Below, piece by piece: positions 10,180-22,621 of a stretch of 64,000 nucleotides of DNA. How positions within the stretch are numbered: the stretch's first letter is position 1; every line of letters starts with the position of its first letter. A program made the position numbers and the translations under genes. The DNA is taken from contig CM097883.1 in the NCBI GenBank assembly GCA_044892505.1, positions 454,522,001 through 454,586,000 on the forward strand, in the 5' to 3' direction. This DNA is from Schmidtea nova. Taxonomy: Eukaryota. The notes below the pieces were generated by a model that was not told the origin of the DNA, ran no database searches, and saw only the letters and a program-made list of their open reading frames with translations.

Positions 10180-11087
10180 ATGGAAAGAAAAAAACGTATT
10201 ACGGTAACGAATGAAATGCATCAATATGGCTAACTCTGCAAATAAGCCTTCAGTCAAGGACATTGCTTCTGCAGTTGGATTAAGCATCAGTTCGGTCAGA
10301 AATATGCTTAACAAGCAACAAGACGGAATTGGTTTTGTTTCATCTACTCAAAAGAGGAAAAAAACATAGGATAGAAAATATCCTATGTGATCCAGAAAAC
10401 GTCTTGTTTAATGCTCTTGCATGTAATAACGAACTTTTGCAGTCAGAGATGGCTTTCATAGTAGAAGAGAGTACAGATGTGTTTATGTCACAACCAACGG
10501 TGGTTCGCAAATTAAAAAAAATTAACATAACAAGAAAACGTCTCACTCTTGTGCCGGTGGAGCGTAATTCACCAGACAATTAAGATAAAAGAACAATTTA
10601 CGCAGGCAAAATTGTTAGATTAACCCCAGAAAAATTAGTTTTTATGGATGAATCTGAATTCAACAATCATTGCCGGCGCCGTTATGTTAATGAGAGTTAA
10701 TTACTGTACCGGTTAACCGTTATATTAATTAAATCTTGATTTGTGCTATTAACATTAATGGTTTCATTGCGTTCGAGTATAGATCAGGTGCTTATAATGC
10801 AGAGTTACTTACATCTTTTATTGACAGTAAATTGACACCTTACTTCGCTATGCATCCTGATCATACTTTAATTATGGATTGTAGTTGAAGCCTTGAGTAG
10901 GCGTAGGATAAGTAAAGAATACTTACCACCATGGTCCCCTCAACTTAATCCAATTGAGGAATTTTTCAGTATGATTAAATCGAAGTTCAGAGCCTTGAAA
11001 GCATCCAATAATGAAATAACAGTGGAGGAAGCATTATCTGATATTCTATCAGATATATATATGTTGAACAGTGCCTTTAGAAAATAA
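10180..11087 (+). pseudogene. Tc1/IS630-like DDE transposase pseudogene (second copy at 47990-48897)
   Basis: MERKKRI..KDIASAVGLSISSVR; TRKRLTLVPVERNS; LVFMDES; LIMD; YLPPWSPQLNPIEEFFS; several stops and frameshifts. Confidence 0.9.
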
Positions 11088-11398
11088 CCTTTTATTTGAA
11101 TAAAAAACCGTCAAGATATATTTCTTTATTTTAATAATATAATATTTTAATATTTACTTAAACATTTTTCATATTTTATAAAAATTAAATTTAAAACTCT
11201 GAATAACCCTAATAATTGAATAATTATTTGTTTCCTTATCATTTAGTTTCACACACCTACATCACATGATTTTAAGGAGGATGATAAAAGGTACTTTTCT
11301 TTTAAAACAATTTTTTATTGGCATCGAGGACGAATAAGTAAAAGGGGTTTTATAATTTATTAAATATAATTTAATAAATCAAATTATTGTTCTTTAAT

Positions 11399-11698
11399 CT
11401 AATTGATCGAGTCCACATTCCAACTCGACACTCCTACTTTCATTCGTACAATTGTAAATTTCGCTTCATATCGGAATAAGATCATTTCCATTCTCTCCAC
11501 TTTCCTTTTTAAAATCATGTCTTTTTGTTCCAGTTCATTTATTTTTCTATCCATCGATTTCATTTTCCTACGCATTTCCTCAATCGTGCTTCGGCATTCT
11601 TTCCAACATTGTGTTGCGTTTTCTGGCTTTTGCATTTCCCGAATTAAAATAATTAAGATTTTCTTATTTACACATTTTGTTACACAAAGCCCCGACAT
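11399..11698 (-). CDS. Short orphan coiled-coil ORF, 99 aa (second copy at 49209-49508)
   Basis: Heptad-like IEEMRRKMKSMDRKINELEQK; no family recognised. Confidence 0.3.
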   Translation of the reverse strand: MSGLCVTKCVNKKILIILIREMQKPENATQCWKECRSTIEEMRRKMKSMDRKINELEQKDMILKRKVERMEMILFRYEAKFTIVRMKVGVSSWNVDSIN

Positions 11699-11919
11699 CC
11701 CTCAGCAAATTCGATTTTGCATTTAAAACTTTTATACTGAAGTTTCGATCACACTGAAAGAATAAGGTGGTGGATTATCTACATTTGCTTGTCTCTTTTA
11801 GCACATAACGATTATTATTGTTACTAATATCAGAGATAAAATAAGAAAAGATGTCAGAAGGAGATACACTAAGTATTCACATATAATCATAGTTTGGTTA
11901 ATATCAGTTCGGAATAATT

Positions 11920-12760
11920 TGTTAGTTAAATAGTTGTTGTGTTGATTGCGACGTAGGATTGTAGTAAGAGTTGGACCCCCTATTTTTCTTTACTGTCCCA
12001 TTATCATATAATACATTTTCGTAGTAATTTGCCGTTACTGTGTAGTTAGAGTTCATTTTCAGATTACTATATCGAACAAAGGATTTTCTAACATTTAAGG
12101 TATCAACAAAGTTTTGAAATATTATTTGCACTTTTACTCTCTCTATTGCTGTCCATTACACATTTATTCCATTTATTACTGGATCCACTTCAACTGTGCT
12201 TCGTAATTCCTTGGTTTGCACTACAATTCAAATTTGATTGTTAAATTTTTCAGGAGAGAACGTCTCGTTTTGTTTAATCGTCCAAGGATATTTGTGCAAC
12301 AAAAATATTTCTGTCATAATTCAGAATAATGAGGGGTGTAAATGGATCTAGTAAGTTTGTGATTTCTATTTGTCCCGATATTTCGCAGTGATAGACCGAA
12401 ACAATATTAGTAAAAGTAGAACACACACACACATATATATATATATATATCGATTTTTCCCATAAGGGTATTTTACTTGTTGCATATGGTAAATCGATTT
12501 TTATGCTGTTCGCACTTGTCAATGTTATTAGAACAATTGATGTAAATAATACTTTATTAATATAGCTGATTAGAGCTGGATTATTGGTAAATTTTTGTTT
12601 GAGTTTTGTGTCCCCTTTTTCTTTGTTTTGTCTTTATCGTAATGAGTACCATGCTTCGTCATTGTCCGGAACTAATTTACATCGATTGGCATGTACTATC
12701 ACAAGGTTAGCTTTTTATCCTTGAAAGGTAGTAACTTTAAATTTGTTTCGGTTGTGTCGC
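11920..12760 (-). mobile_element. Gypsy integrase C-terminus and downstream degenerate ORF (second copy at about 49730-50570)
   Basis: NKFKVTTFQG*KANLVIVHANRCKLVP resembles the integrase C-terminal VH.NRLK module; interrupted by (CA)6(TA)9 at 12421-12450. Confidence 0.55.
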
Positions 12761-13616
12761 ACAGAAAAATATATCAATAAAAAATACAATAGAAGCAGCA
12801 GGGCACAGAATTGTTTTTTCCACACTATACATCTCAATTAAATCCATTGAAGTTTTTTCGCTTTGGAAAGGTAAAATCAAAAGTGCTAAGTGCTAAAGTT
12901 CCGAAAAAATATTGCCTGAACACTGTTTTGACTTTTATTTGCATAAACAGGAGTTTTGGCTAATGCATTGGCAAGAGAATAATTTTAAATAAAACAGTTT
13001 TTTAATTGTCTTTTATTTGTTAATTGTTATTGTGTATTTTTTTGATTTGTTATTGTTTTGTATTTTAATAAATTGAATTTTAGTGATTAAATATTTCGAG
13101 AAAAAGGATGAAATATTTAGATAAACCTGTATATAATTTACCGGGTGGATAATTTACAGTTTAAAGTTATATTGTACATAGGAATAATATTATGATGTGT
13201 GGTGATTTCTGGCTTTTGAATTTTATATCGCGTCTGTGTGCGCGTAGTTTAAATATTTAATTATCAGCGTCTGTGTGCGCTGCTATTGAGGGAATTTAAC
13301 GCGTCTGTGTGCATTTGGTAATTTTGTGGTTTGTTTTGTTAAATTGATTTTATTTCTTAGATTATTGGAGTTTGTTTTGTCAAACTATTTGGATTTTTTA
13401 GTGTTTTTAGAATTTTTTTAATTTGCTGAATTATTGGAAATTGTTTGATTATGTAAATCGCGTATCAATGACAAACGATATTGTTAGGATGTGTAATGGT
13501 TCAACGGGAAACGAGTTATCAAATGAAACCGATATCGGGACGGATTATGACAATATGAAAAAAGCCACCACAAGTTTCATTCGTAGATGCCATGGGAATT
13601 ATTTCAATTCAAATGA

Positions 13617-14076
13617 ATGTCCTCGTTTTCGCGTGACTCTGACGATAATCCACCTGAAAATCGCTTCAAAGTATATCTAAATGGAAATTTCCGTAGATTA
13701 ATGGCAAAAGAAAATCAGCTGCGATCGCTATTTTCTCACCATCAATTTATATCGTTCTCTAAATACAGTTCTGGCATTAAGTGGGTCGTTCTCATCCTAG
13801 TGAAGAAGCATTATTTGCAACAATTTACATTATTTGGATCGACTCATGTGACACTGCTAATAATAGGCGCTTCTTCGCATTTGATGATTGACAATTTATT
13901 CAATGGATTTTCAATGACAGTTTCTAGAAAGTTATGTAATCATATTATGACAAATATGGTTGGGTTTTTCATCGGAAGTAGTCCGCTAATTATATTTTAT
14001 TCATTGGGTTTTATTTATATTTTATCTCAAGCCTTGATCAACTGGCCTGGATCAAACATAATAGGCATATTAAAAG
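13617..14076 (+). CDS. Hypothetical hydrophobic ORF within the 750-bp unit (paralogue 17110-17574; copies at 51427 and 54921)
   Basis: Frame is open in both diverged units, but there is no recognisable homology. Confidence 0.25.
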
Positions 14077-16654
14077 GGCTCCTATTTATTCGCTATGTAT
14101 TTTTTACTAAACGCTATGTATTTTATTAGTGCCTTTATGTATTTTTTTCTAAGTAAATATTTATAAAATGCTAAGTATTATATTAATTATATAAGTAAAA
14201 AAAAGAATTCATTAGGTATTTAATTATTTAATTATAGGTAATATTTTTAATTTTTATAAGTAAAAAAAATACAAAAACTAAGTAAAACAATGAAAAATTC
14301 ATAAGTATAAACAAAAAGTGACACAATAAAAAAATCCATAAAAATACAAAGACTATTTCACGAAGATTATTATAAAAATATTTGAAATTATTGTTTTAAT
14401 AAGGCTTTTTTAGCTTTAGTTGGTCTTCCTCTTGGTAGTTTACTTCCAATAGAAGTATTCTTAGCTACTGCTGGTACTTTGCAATATTTAAGTCTGATTG
14501 AAATGCCGACAACATGCTTGCAAATAAATTTTTTATTAAATGCTGGACAATTGCACTGACTGTCGGCCCAATTGGCTTTATCGTTTGGTAAATTAATGCG
14601 CCAGACAGTAAAAGCTCGCTTCTTAAATTGATCGAATGTCTTCTTGAGTTATAGTTGCGTCACTAGCTGAAACATAGTAGTTTGTCGAAAGAATTGCTTT
14701 GTTTTCATTAGCCCATTGATAAGACTGTGTCCATAATGCTGTTTCGATTGATTGTTTTGTAATAAACTCCTTCAGACTTCGAGGATATGCTAGTGACCAC
14801 TTTTTAACAATATCTAAAGCTTGTTTGCTAAATCTAGATAATGGCGTGCGCTCTCTAATAGTTTCTTCGTCTTTAAGAACTCGACTCTAGATTATTGTTA
14901 GTACTTGGCGTGAAGGGCATGTATCCTTCATACCAAGTATTGCGTGTCGTAAGCCACATCATATTCATATAGTCTAAAACCTCAGTCGCTTTTTTTGTCT
15001 CCATTTTTTAACAAATAGAGAACTTGCTTTTTCAAAAATGACTTGGCTTTGTGACAATTGAAGTTGATCTACATCTTCAATTAATTCGTTTTGATCTTCT
15101 TTAGCTACTAAAGACTCGATTTTTTTGACACAATTTCTACGCATATGTGGCCAACACATCACAATTTCATTTTTATTAAAAACTTGTGAATAAGCTTTAC
15201 GTATAGCGTTAGAAGCATCAGAAATCAATACACGAGGATTGAATAATGATGCATTTATTTTTTTCAAGCCAATATTGATACTTGAAAAAATAAAATTAAA
15301 ATCAGCAGTTTTTTCATTGGTACATATACCTAGGCCAAACGAATGAAAATGCCTATCTAAATCGGTTGTACCAATGATTAAAATTGGATAGCCCTGCCAA
15401 ACCAGTTTATAAGTTGCATCAGCATTTAAAATTGTTGATGCTGAGGCTAGCTTAAGTAATCTTATTGTACTTATAAAAAATCTAAATTTAGAGCTGTGGT
15501 GTTCTTCATCTTCATCGCTTTCTTCATTACTCTCTTCACACTCATATTCATCGGAATAAGTTATTTTATAATTGACTACAAAGGCTTCATCTTCTAACTC
15601 TGGTATAGAAGATGATGATTGAAGCCAATTTTCAAGCTCACCTAAACTTATTACTGGTGGCCCGTAAACTTCATTTCTAATTTTGTTGAATTGATTTCTT
15701 AATTGTATGGTAGTAGGAACAGGCTTTATACCTCGTTCATGAAAGATTTCTAACATTCTCTTAGGTTTTATTTTAAGCTTAAACAACTCTTTAATTAGTT
15801 CTTTAGCTTCGTTAGATATTGCAGATTTAGACATGTTTTCTTCATGCTTATGCTCAGCTTCTGCCCTAAAAAGAATAACTTCGTCTGATCTTGAGTCGTA
15901 AAGTAAATGTAATGCAGAATCACATTGCTTGCCTTTAAATTTAACTTGATTGCATCGATAGTAAACTTTATTACCATCTTCAGTTTTGTTGGAATAAGAG
16001 TAACTCCATATCTTCTCTTCTTTAATTGCATTTTTTGCTTCTTCAGCACTTTTAAATACTTTTTCATGAGTCCAAACTTTGGACACTTTTTTGGCTCGTG
16101 GTTTCTTTAAACTTGTAACTTCAACATCAAACTCAAGATCAGACTGATAATCTTCAACTTCTCCAAAATTATTAGCCATTATAAGTTCAGTATTTGTTTT
16201 AATTTTGTTTATAATAAATAAATATTTGGGCTTATAAATATTCAGAAACTTGGATAATAAATTAAATCAGATCACATGAAAAAAAAGACTTAAACAAAAT
16301 GATTAGAGTTCTAAGACTTTACGTAGAAAACCATACCGCTTTATTGAAAGTTTGTAATAATTGTCGAAAAAAATAAGATCTAAGAACATCTTAGAAAAAA
16401 TTAAGATTTATTGATGGATTTTATTAATTGACATATCGTTTTTTTATTTTACTTATAACTTGTTTTCTTGACTTGGCATTTATTTATTTTACATAGTTTT
16501 TAATTAGTTACTTAGCGAATGTATTAAATATCTAGAATTAATTAATTAACATAGAAGTGTTTTACTCTACTGATACTGTGTATTTATCTACATAGAAAGT
16601 GTTTATAAAATACATAGCGTTTAGTAAAAAATACATAGCGAATAAATAGTTCTC
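14077..16654 (-). mobile_element. Complete MULE (Mutator-like) DNA transposon with frameshifted transposase (16179-14388)
   Basis: Inverted termini CTATTTATTCGCTATGTATTTTTTACTAAACGCTATGTATTTT; 9-bp TSD TATTAAAAG (14068-14076, 16655-16663). MULE motifs LNADATYKL, ISDAS..AI, MCWPH, TNNNLES and SWIM finger CNCPAF..FICKH. Confidence 0.95.
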
Positions 16655-16718
16655 TATTAAAAGGATTAACCTACTATTTGGAAATATCCATTAGCTATAA
16701 CTCATTAATAAATATCAA

Positions 16719-16946
16719 ATCAATTAAAATATCAATTAAAATATCAATTAAAATATCAATTAAAATATCAATTAAAATATCAATTAAAATATCAATTAAA
16801 ATATCAATTAAAATATCAATTAAAATATCAATTAAAATATCAATTAAAATATCAATTAAAATATCAATTAAAATATCAATTAAAATATCAATTAAAATAT
16901 CAATTAAAATATCAATTAAAATATCAATTAAAATATCGATTAAAAT
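16719..16946. repeat. (ATCAATTAAAAT)n minisatellite, 18 perfect units plus 1 variant
   Basis: Direct count. A shorter degenerate array lies at about 17625-17700. Confidence 0.97.
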
Positions 16947-18099
16947 ATAAATTAAAATAAAATATCAATGAAAATACAATTATTTAATACATTTAAAATT
17001 ATTTTTTCTTTTATTGTTCTAATTCATATTCAGCAACTCCTAATGATAATATTTATATTGGGTGATTAGAGCACTATCTTCCAGAATTACAGACATTCAA
17101 TTCAAATGAATGTCCTCGTTTTCACGTGACTCTGACAATAATCCACCTGAAGATCGCTTCAAAGTATATCTAAATGGAAATTTTCGTAGATTAATGGCAA
17201 AAGAAAATCTGCTGCGATCGCTATTTTCTCACCATCAATTTATATCGTTCTCTAAATACAGTTCTGGCATTAAGTGGGTCGTTCTCATCCTAGTGAAGAA
17301 GCATTATTTGCAACAATTTACATTATTTGGATCGACTCATGTGACACTGCTAATAATAGGCGCTTCTTCGCATTTGATGATTTACAATTTATTCAATGGA
17401 TTTTCAATGACAGTTTCTAGAAAGTTATGTAATGATATTATGACAAATATGGTGGGGTTTTTCATCGGAAGTAGTCCGCTAATTATATTTTATTCATTGG
17501 GTTTTATTTATATTTTCTCTCAAGCCTTGATCAACTGGCCTGCATCAAACATATTAGGCATATTAAAAGAATAAGTCTACTATTTGGAAATATCCATTAG
17601 CTATAACTCATCAATAAATATCAAATCAATTAAAATATCAATTAAAATATCAATAAATATATCAATTAAAATATCAATTAAAATATCGATTAAAATATAA
17701 ATTAAAATAAAATATCAATGAAAATACAATTATTTAATACATTTAAAATTATTTTTTCTTTAATTGTTCTAATTCATATTCAGCAACTCCTAATGACAAT
17801 ATTAATATTGGGTGATTAGAGCACTATCTTCCAGAATTACAGACATGGATTGGATATTTAAATTTTAATTTATTTAAAATCAATATTATTGATTACAATA
17901 ATTAATTAGTTTTACAAAATTTATATATTGCTTATAATAATCATACAATATTAGAGTCACTCACATTTGTTATAAAGACAACAAATGGAGGGTTTATATT
18001 TTAGTTTCCTTACTATGGGAAATAAGTTTAAGGACCTCTTAAGGGGTTTAAGGAGTAAACTAATTTACAATTATTGATTACCATTAATTTTAATAAATA

Positions 18100-18750
18100 G
18101 ACCATTCAACAATACCTTCAATGTTCTATCCTGACCACAAGATACAATGATGTTTAGATTTACCGACCAGTCGAAATCATTTATATTCCCTATGTGAGCT
18201 GCTAGAATGTGAGTTGGCACTGTTAATTTCTAAATTGCATAGTTTTTAGTCATCTAAAATCTCTATTGTGCTAACCCGTTCATCCCAAATACTGATTTAT
18301 CCGTTGAACGTTGTGGCAAAATAATTCGTTTTCACATTACTCCATTTCATTTGTGGGATGCCTTGTAAGTCGATTTTGTGAGAGGGAAATTTCGAATTTC
18401 GAATATCCCAAATGCAAAGAGATTTGCTGCTGTCATTCGATGTGGTAACAATTTGATTTTTATTGTCTGGGTGCCAATCTATGGAGTTGATGATTTTACT
18501 GTGGGCTTTTAGAGATTGAAATTTTTTCAATTCAATGTCGAATATTTTACAAACGTTGTTTTGCTTAATTTTCAAAGTTAATTTATCATATTTTTACCTA
18601 GCGCAAGTCTTACTGTAAGTGCAAAATACTCATTGCATGTTTTATTCCACTGGCACAAAGCTGGATCTGAAGATTTATTAATTGATTCTTTTCGTTTTCT
18701 CTTTGGGTCATCAAAACTCAATAGAAGGATTTCGTACTGGCTAATATTGA
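18100..18750 (-). pseudogene. WDR59: WD40-repeat gene 5' fragment, WDR59/Sea3-like (second copy at about 55910-56560)
   Basis: LLSFDDP..CQWN..YFA; SLKAHSKIINSIDWHPDNKNQIVTTSND..LCIWDIRN..QMKWS..YFATT..G*ISIWDER; stops present. Confidence 0.6.
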
Positions 18751-21344
18751 GACATTTTATAGGATTATTATAAAACGTAAAAAGATTTATTTATATACTT
18801 GAGGGGGATATTTTATCGAAAATTTGTAAAATAAAATATGATTGTTACTCAATTGACGAAATAAATGAATTCTTCACTGATTCCACAATATGTTGGAGGT
18901 GAAGAAGAATATGAGAAGATTAAAGAGATTTTCTTTCAAAGATATATTTTTGTGCAAATTGGCAAGGAGAGAAAGAAGCATAAAATAAAAAAGAAGTTAA
19001 ACAAGCAAGTAAATAAACTAAGAAAATAAATTTAAAGATTTCTCGGGGAAAAACAGGCTGTTCTAAAAGTACGAGAAGAAAATATTAAAGAATTGGCAAC
19101 ATTTTGTTTGACAATATGTTGTTTAAGAAGGATTACATACCCAATGTTTCATATTTGTCAATTCAGGTGAATGTGTTTAAATATAGTGAAATTAAATGCT
19201 TATTTAAATTATGTTAGATTCGAGATTTAATATGAAAACGTAAGAGAAAAAAATAATTTGTTTTGAAATAAAAATTGGACAAAAAAGAAAAAATGAAAAT
19301 AAAGAAAAAGATTACTGAAGTATAAAACACGCGGAGAATGACCGAAAACGATTTAAAAGAAACAGATACAAAATTCCTTTCTTTTGATCAAATGTTAGAT
19401 GAAAATTATTTATCAATCTTCCTCGTCTTTCATTTGTTATAAACTATTTCGCTAATTCACGTTTACAAATTAATACAAATTTCCAGCTGTATCTTTCAAT
19501 TATTGATAATAACTAATTATAGTTAACTAGGTAATTGTAAGGCGCCTAAGGCACCCGTTGACAAATCATAAAATAAATGAACAATTTGATGTACGAAATT
19601 TTTTCATTAAAAATTCAATTTCTTTTATTCTTAAGCAATTGAAAATTATTTCTGTTATATATTATATGGAATGGCAAAAAAAATTGTTTTATTGAAGAAC
19701 GTATTGAAAAACTACATTCCGTGTGAATTATCTTTGATAATTCAATAAATTTCCTTGCTGTGTATTCGATTCAATAAGCACCTTCACTTGACTTGCAACT
19801 CTTGATTAATTTTTAATTTTTATTTTGCAAAATAAACTTAGAAAGCGCTGTTTAAAACTTGTTAATCGTGTAAAAATCTATGTTAGTATTAGCGTTATAG
19901 AATCAGTGATGAGCGTAATTATATATAGTTAATATTGAATCACGATAAATATTAAATAAATTTATGCAATTTCAAATTCATTTATAAATTTATTACAACA
20001 TAAATATTCAAAACGAATTTGATTCAAGAGTCAAATCAAATTATTCTTTCACTTTCATATTGAATTTAAATTTTCATTATTTTCTAAAGTTAACTTATGA
20101 GAATATATTCATCCAATTTATTATAATAATTGTTGATTAATAAAAAAATAATTAAATATAGATTAAATATTGGAAATTCCAAATTTATATAAATATAAAA
20201 AACCAAATTCAAATAAAAATAATTATTATCACGTTCAAAATTAATATTTGTTTCTGTAATTTACCCGCAAAATAATCCTAGCGATCCATTACGGTTTAAA
20301 GCGACAGATGAGGCCTGAATAAAAAGAAATGGTTAAGAAAATATATATTATATTTCATAGAAATTTACTTGAATTTCTTTTGGTCGTTGGTCCTCTCGCA
20401 CGAGATTCATTTTGGATCTCGATTATAATTGAAATTGGAATAATATTTCAGTGACAAAATATTTTAAAATTACCTCTACCACTAATGATTATTTAAACAA
20501 TTACATAATAGTATATAAATATATAGGTTTTATTATTTCTATTTGTGTGACTTTTGCTTTAATTGAAGTTTGAGTTTAATATAATTATTTTATTTTATCT
20601 GTTTATTATTATTAAATATTTAAAATAAATTTTGATTAAAACTTTATCATATATCAATTAATTGTGGTGAGTTATAGGTAATACGCGAAAATTAATTACC
20701 GTTAATCTTTTCCAATAAACTCGCATATAATCAATAATTAAGCATATTGTTGCCCACTACAGTGTAACGTTGGGACTGCAATGGGTGAACTTTCGCAAAT
20801 GTGATCGTCAAATGAATCGAAACTATAATTGACCGAATGCCACGAGTGGGTTTAAAGGTGACCGATAGAAGGTACTTTTCCTATTTTCCTCCCTTCATTT
20901 ACTATCAACGTAACTAAACTTATCGAACTAATAACGACAATAACCCATTTACTAACACTAAGGTGACAATTAGTATAAAAGATCATATTTCTTTCACTAT
21001 TGTCAACATATAGATCGAAATTAATAAATTTATTATATATCTATTTGATAGATGTAATTAAACTAAATATGTTAAAATATAAACAAGGAAAAACGAGAAT
21101 CAATAAAATAATATAAAGACATATAATACTAAACAAAATATTACACTAAAATTTCAACTAAATATATTCAAATCAAAGTATTCGTTAAAAGAGAATTATA
21201 ATACAATAATTGAATTTCGGCACGTTAAGAATTCAAAATTATATCAAGGATTCAGATTCCTTCTATTTCTGGGGATTGATTGAGAAATATAGGTCATCTC
21301 ACAATCTCGCTTCCTGACGTCTCTTACGACGAGCTCGAATAACC

Positions 21345-21788
21345 TTACTTGGTTTGAATTTCTTTTTTTGGGATTGAATCTGAACTGGATGTGAGAGATT
21401 CGATTCTATATACAGGAAAACATTCTGCAATTGGTCTGGATTTGGATGAAGGCAACACTGCCATAGTAATAGCATAATCGACTTGTAAACGGGCAAATTG
21501 GACTTTCTCTTTCTTTAATGACCTATTTAGATCGCGAATTAAGGCTGCATCTCCTTCCGCTTGTTTAATAAACAATTGAGTTTGCTTTCGGCTGTATTCC
21601 AATTTGTAGAAATTTACACAAGTTGCTTCCATTTTTCTGCAACGCAACTTCAATTTTTCCAATCGCTCCTTTAGTGATTTGTTCTTTGACAGTAACTGTT
21701 CATTTATGTATTCGTTTTCTTTCGATCTTTTATCTATCATTTTGAAGTTTTCATCAATGCGGAGTATCGCGTTTCTTATTTCCTCCAT
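21345..21788 (-). CDS. Orphan 147-aa coiled-coil ORF with a basic tail in an overlapping frame (second copy at 59156-59599)
   Basis: ATG 3 nt after the acceptor catttAG; K/E-rich heptads; the alternate frame ends KKKFKPSKVIRARRKRRQEARL. Confidence 0.45.
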   Translation of the reverse strand: MEEIRNAILRIDENFKMIDKRSKENEYINEQLLSKNKSLKERLEKLKLRCRKMEATCVNFYKLEYSRKQTQLFIKQAEGDAALIRDLNRSLKKEKVQFARLQVDYAITMAVLPSSKSRPIAECFPVYRIESLTSSSDSIPKKEIQTK

Positions 21789-21853
21789 GATCTAAATGAA
21801 CAATCATTTTTCGTGGCCATCTTTACTCAAAAGCTTGATGTATTTTATGAAAA

Positions 21854-21994
21854 NNNNNNNNNNNNNNNNNNNNNNNNNNNNNNNNNNNNNNNNNNNNNNN
21901 NNNNNNNNNNNNNNNNNNNNNNNNNNNNNNNNNNNNNNNNNNNNNNNNNNNNNNNNNNNNNNNNNNNNNNNNNNNNNNNNNNNNNNNNNNNNNN
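21854..21994. other. Assembly gap (141 N)
   Basis: N run. The homologous position in copy 2 is 119 bp containing (AT)38. Confidence 0.99.
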
Positions 21995-22109
21995 ACTTAT
22001 ATATAATTAAATTAAAAATATATTATATAATATATATAATTAAATTAAAAATATCTACATTTTATAAACAGCTGTTTTAATAACAAAGGAGACTTTCAGA
22101 ATTCGAATT

Positions 22110-22205
22110 TAAATAAATGCAAGCAGCACTAGATAAAAGAAAATACACATTCAAGTAGATAAAAAGAAATGCACATTCAAGTAGATTAAAAGAAAATACA
22201 CATTC
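22110..22205. repeat. 26-27-bp tandem repeat, about 3.5 copies (second copy at about 59900-59995)
   Basis: TAGATAAAAGAAAATACACATTCAAG-like units. Confidence 0.85.
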
Positions 22206-22621
22206 AAGTAGATAAAAAGAAAACCCGAGAGAAGATGGAGTTCAAACATGTTAATGAAATGCGGCATCCAGCAACAATCTATTTTATGTTTATCTTTATT
22301 TGTTCAGCCACGATACATAGTAACGAGCAAAGTCTTTTGCATCACACAAAAGAACTATCATTAATTCCATTTATTTAACCCTTTTTCAACATACATTTTG
22401 CACGATTCAATTCGACGTTGTTGGGGTAAACAAAAACATTAGTCGTTTTAAGCGAAGTTATTCCTAAATTATTAGGATCACACCGGAATTTTGTGATTAT
22501 TACAAGTTGGATATTTTAATTAACTTGTGTTGAAATAATTGATTATTTGACACTTTTTATAAAGTTTTAATTAAATAAATTTATGACGGAATTAGTCTTT
22601 TAAAACTGAGTTTGATTTAGC

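Larger units (their letters stand above)
13603..17845 (+). repeat. About 750-bp tandem unit x2 (13603-14076 plus 16664-17095; 17096-17845), first unit interrupted by the MULE
   Basis: ORFs 13617 and 17110 are near-identical; both units carry the 12-mer array and end in GAATTACAGACA. Second copy at about 51413-55656. Confidence 0.9.

Noticed and set aside
13229-13312. Three GCGTCTGTGTGC repeats
   Set aside because: Real but uninformative; probably subterminal repeats of an unidentified element.
13617-14076. Minus-strand gene using TGA as Trp
   Set aside because: The frame also has TAA stops, and the TGA/TAA are simply antisense TCA/TTA codons; TRAF and the transposases read with the standard code.
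16678-16950. (KISI)n ORF and its copy at 54477-54761
   Set aside because: Translation of the 12-mer minisatellite, which lacks stops in that frame; starts at TTG.
18830-19150. Possible gag remnant (EEYEKIKEIFFQRY)
   Set aside because: Too short and stop-ridden to support a call.
22110-22205. CRISPR-like array
   Set aside because: The repeats are contiguous with no spacers, and the context is eukaryotic with no cas genes.
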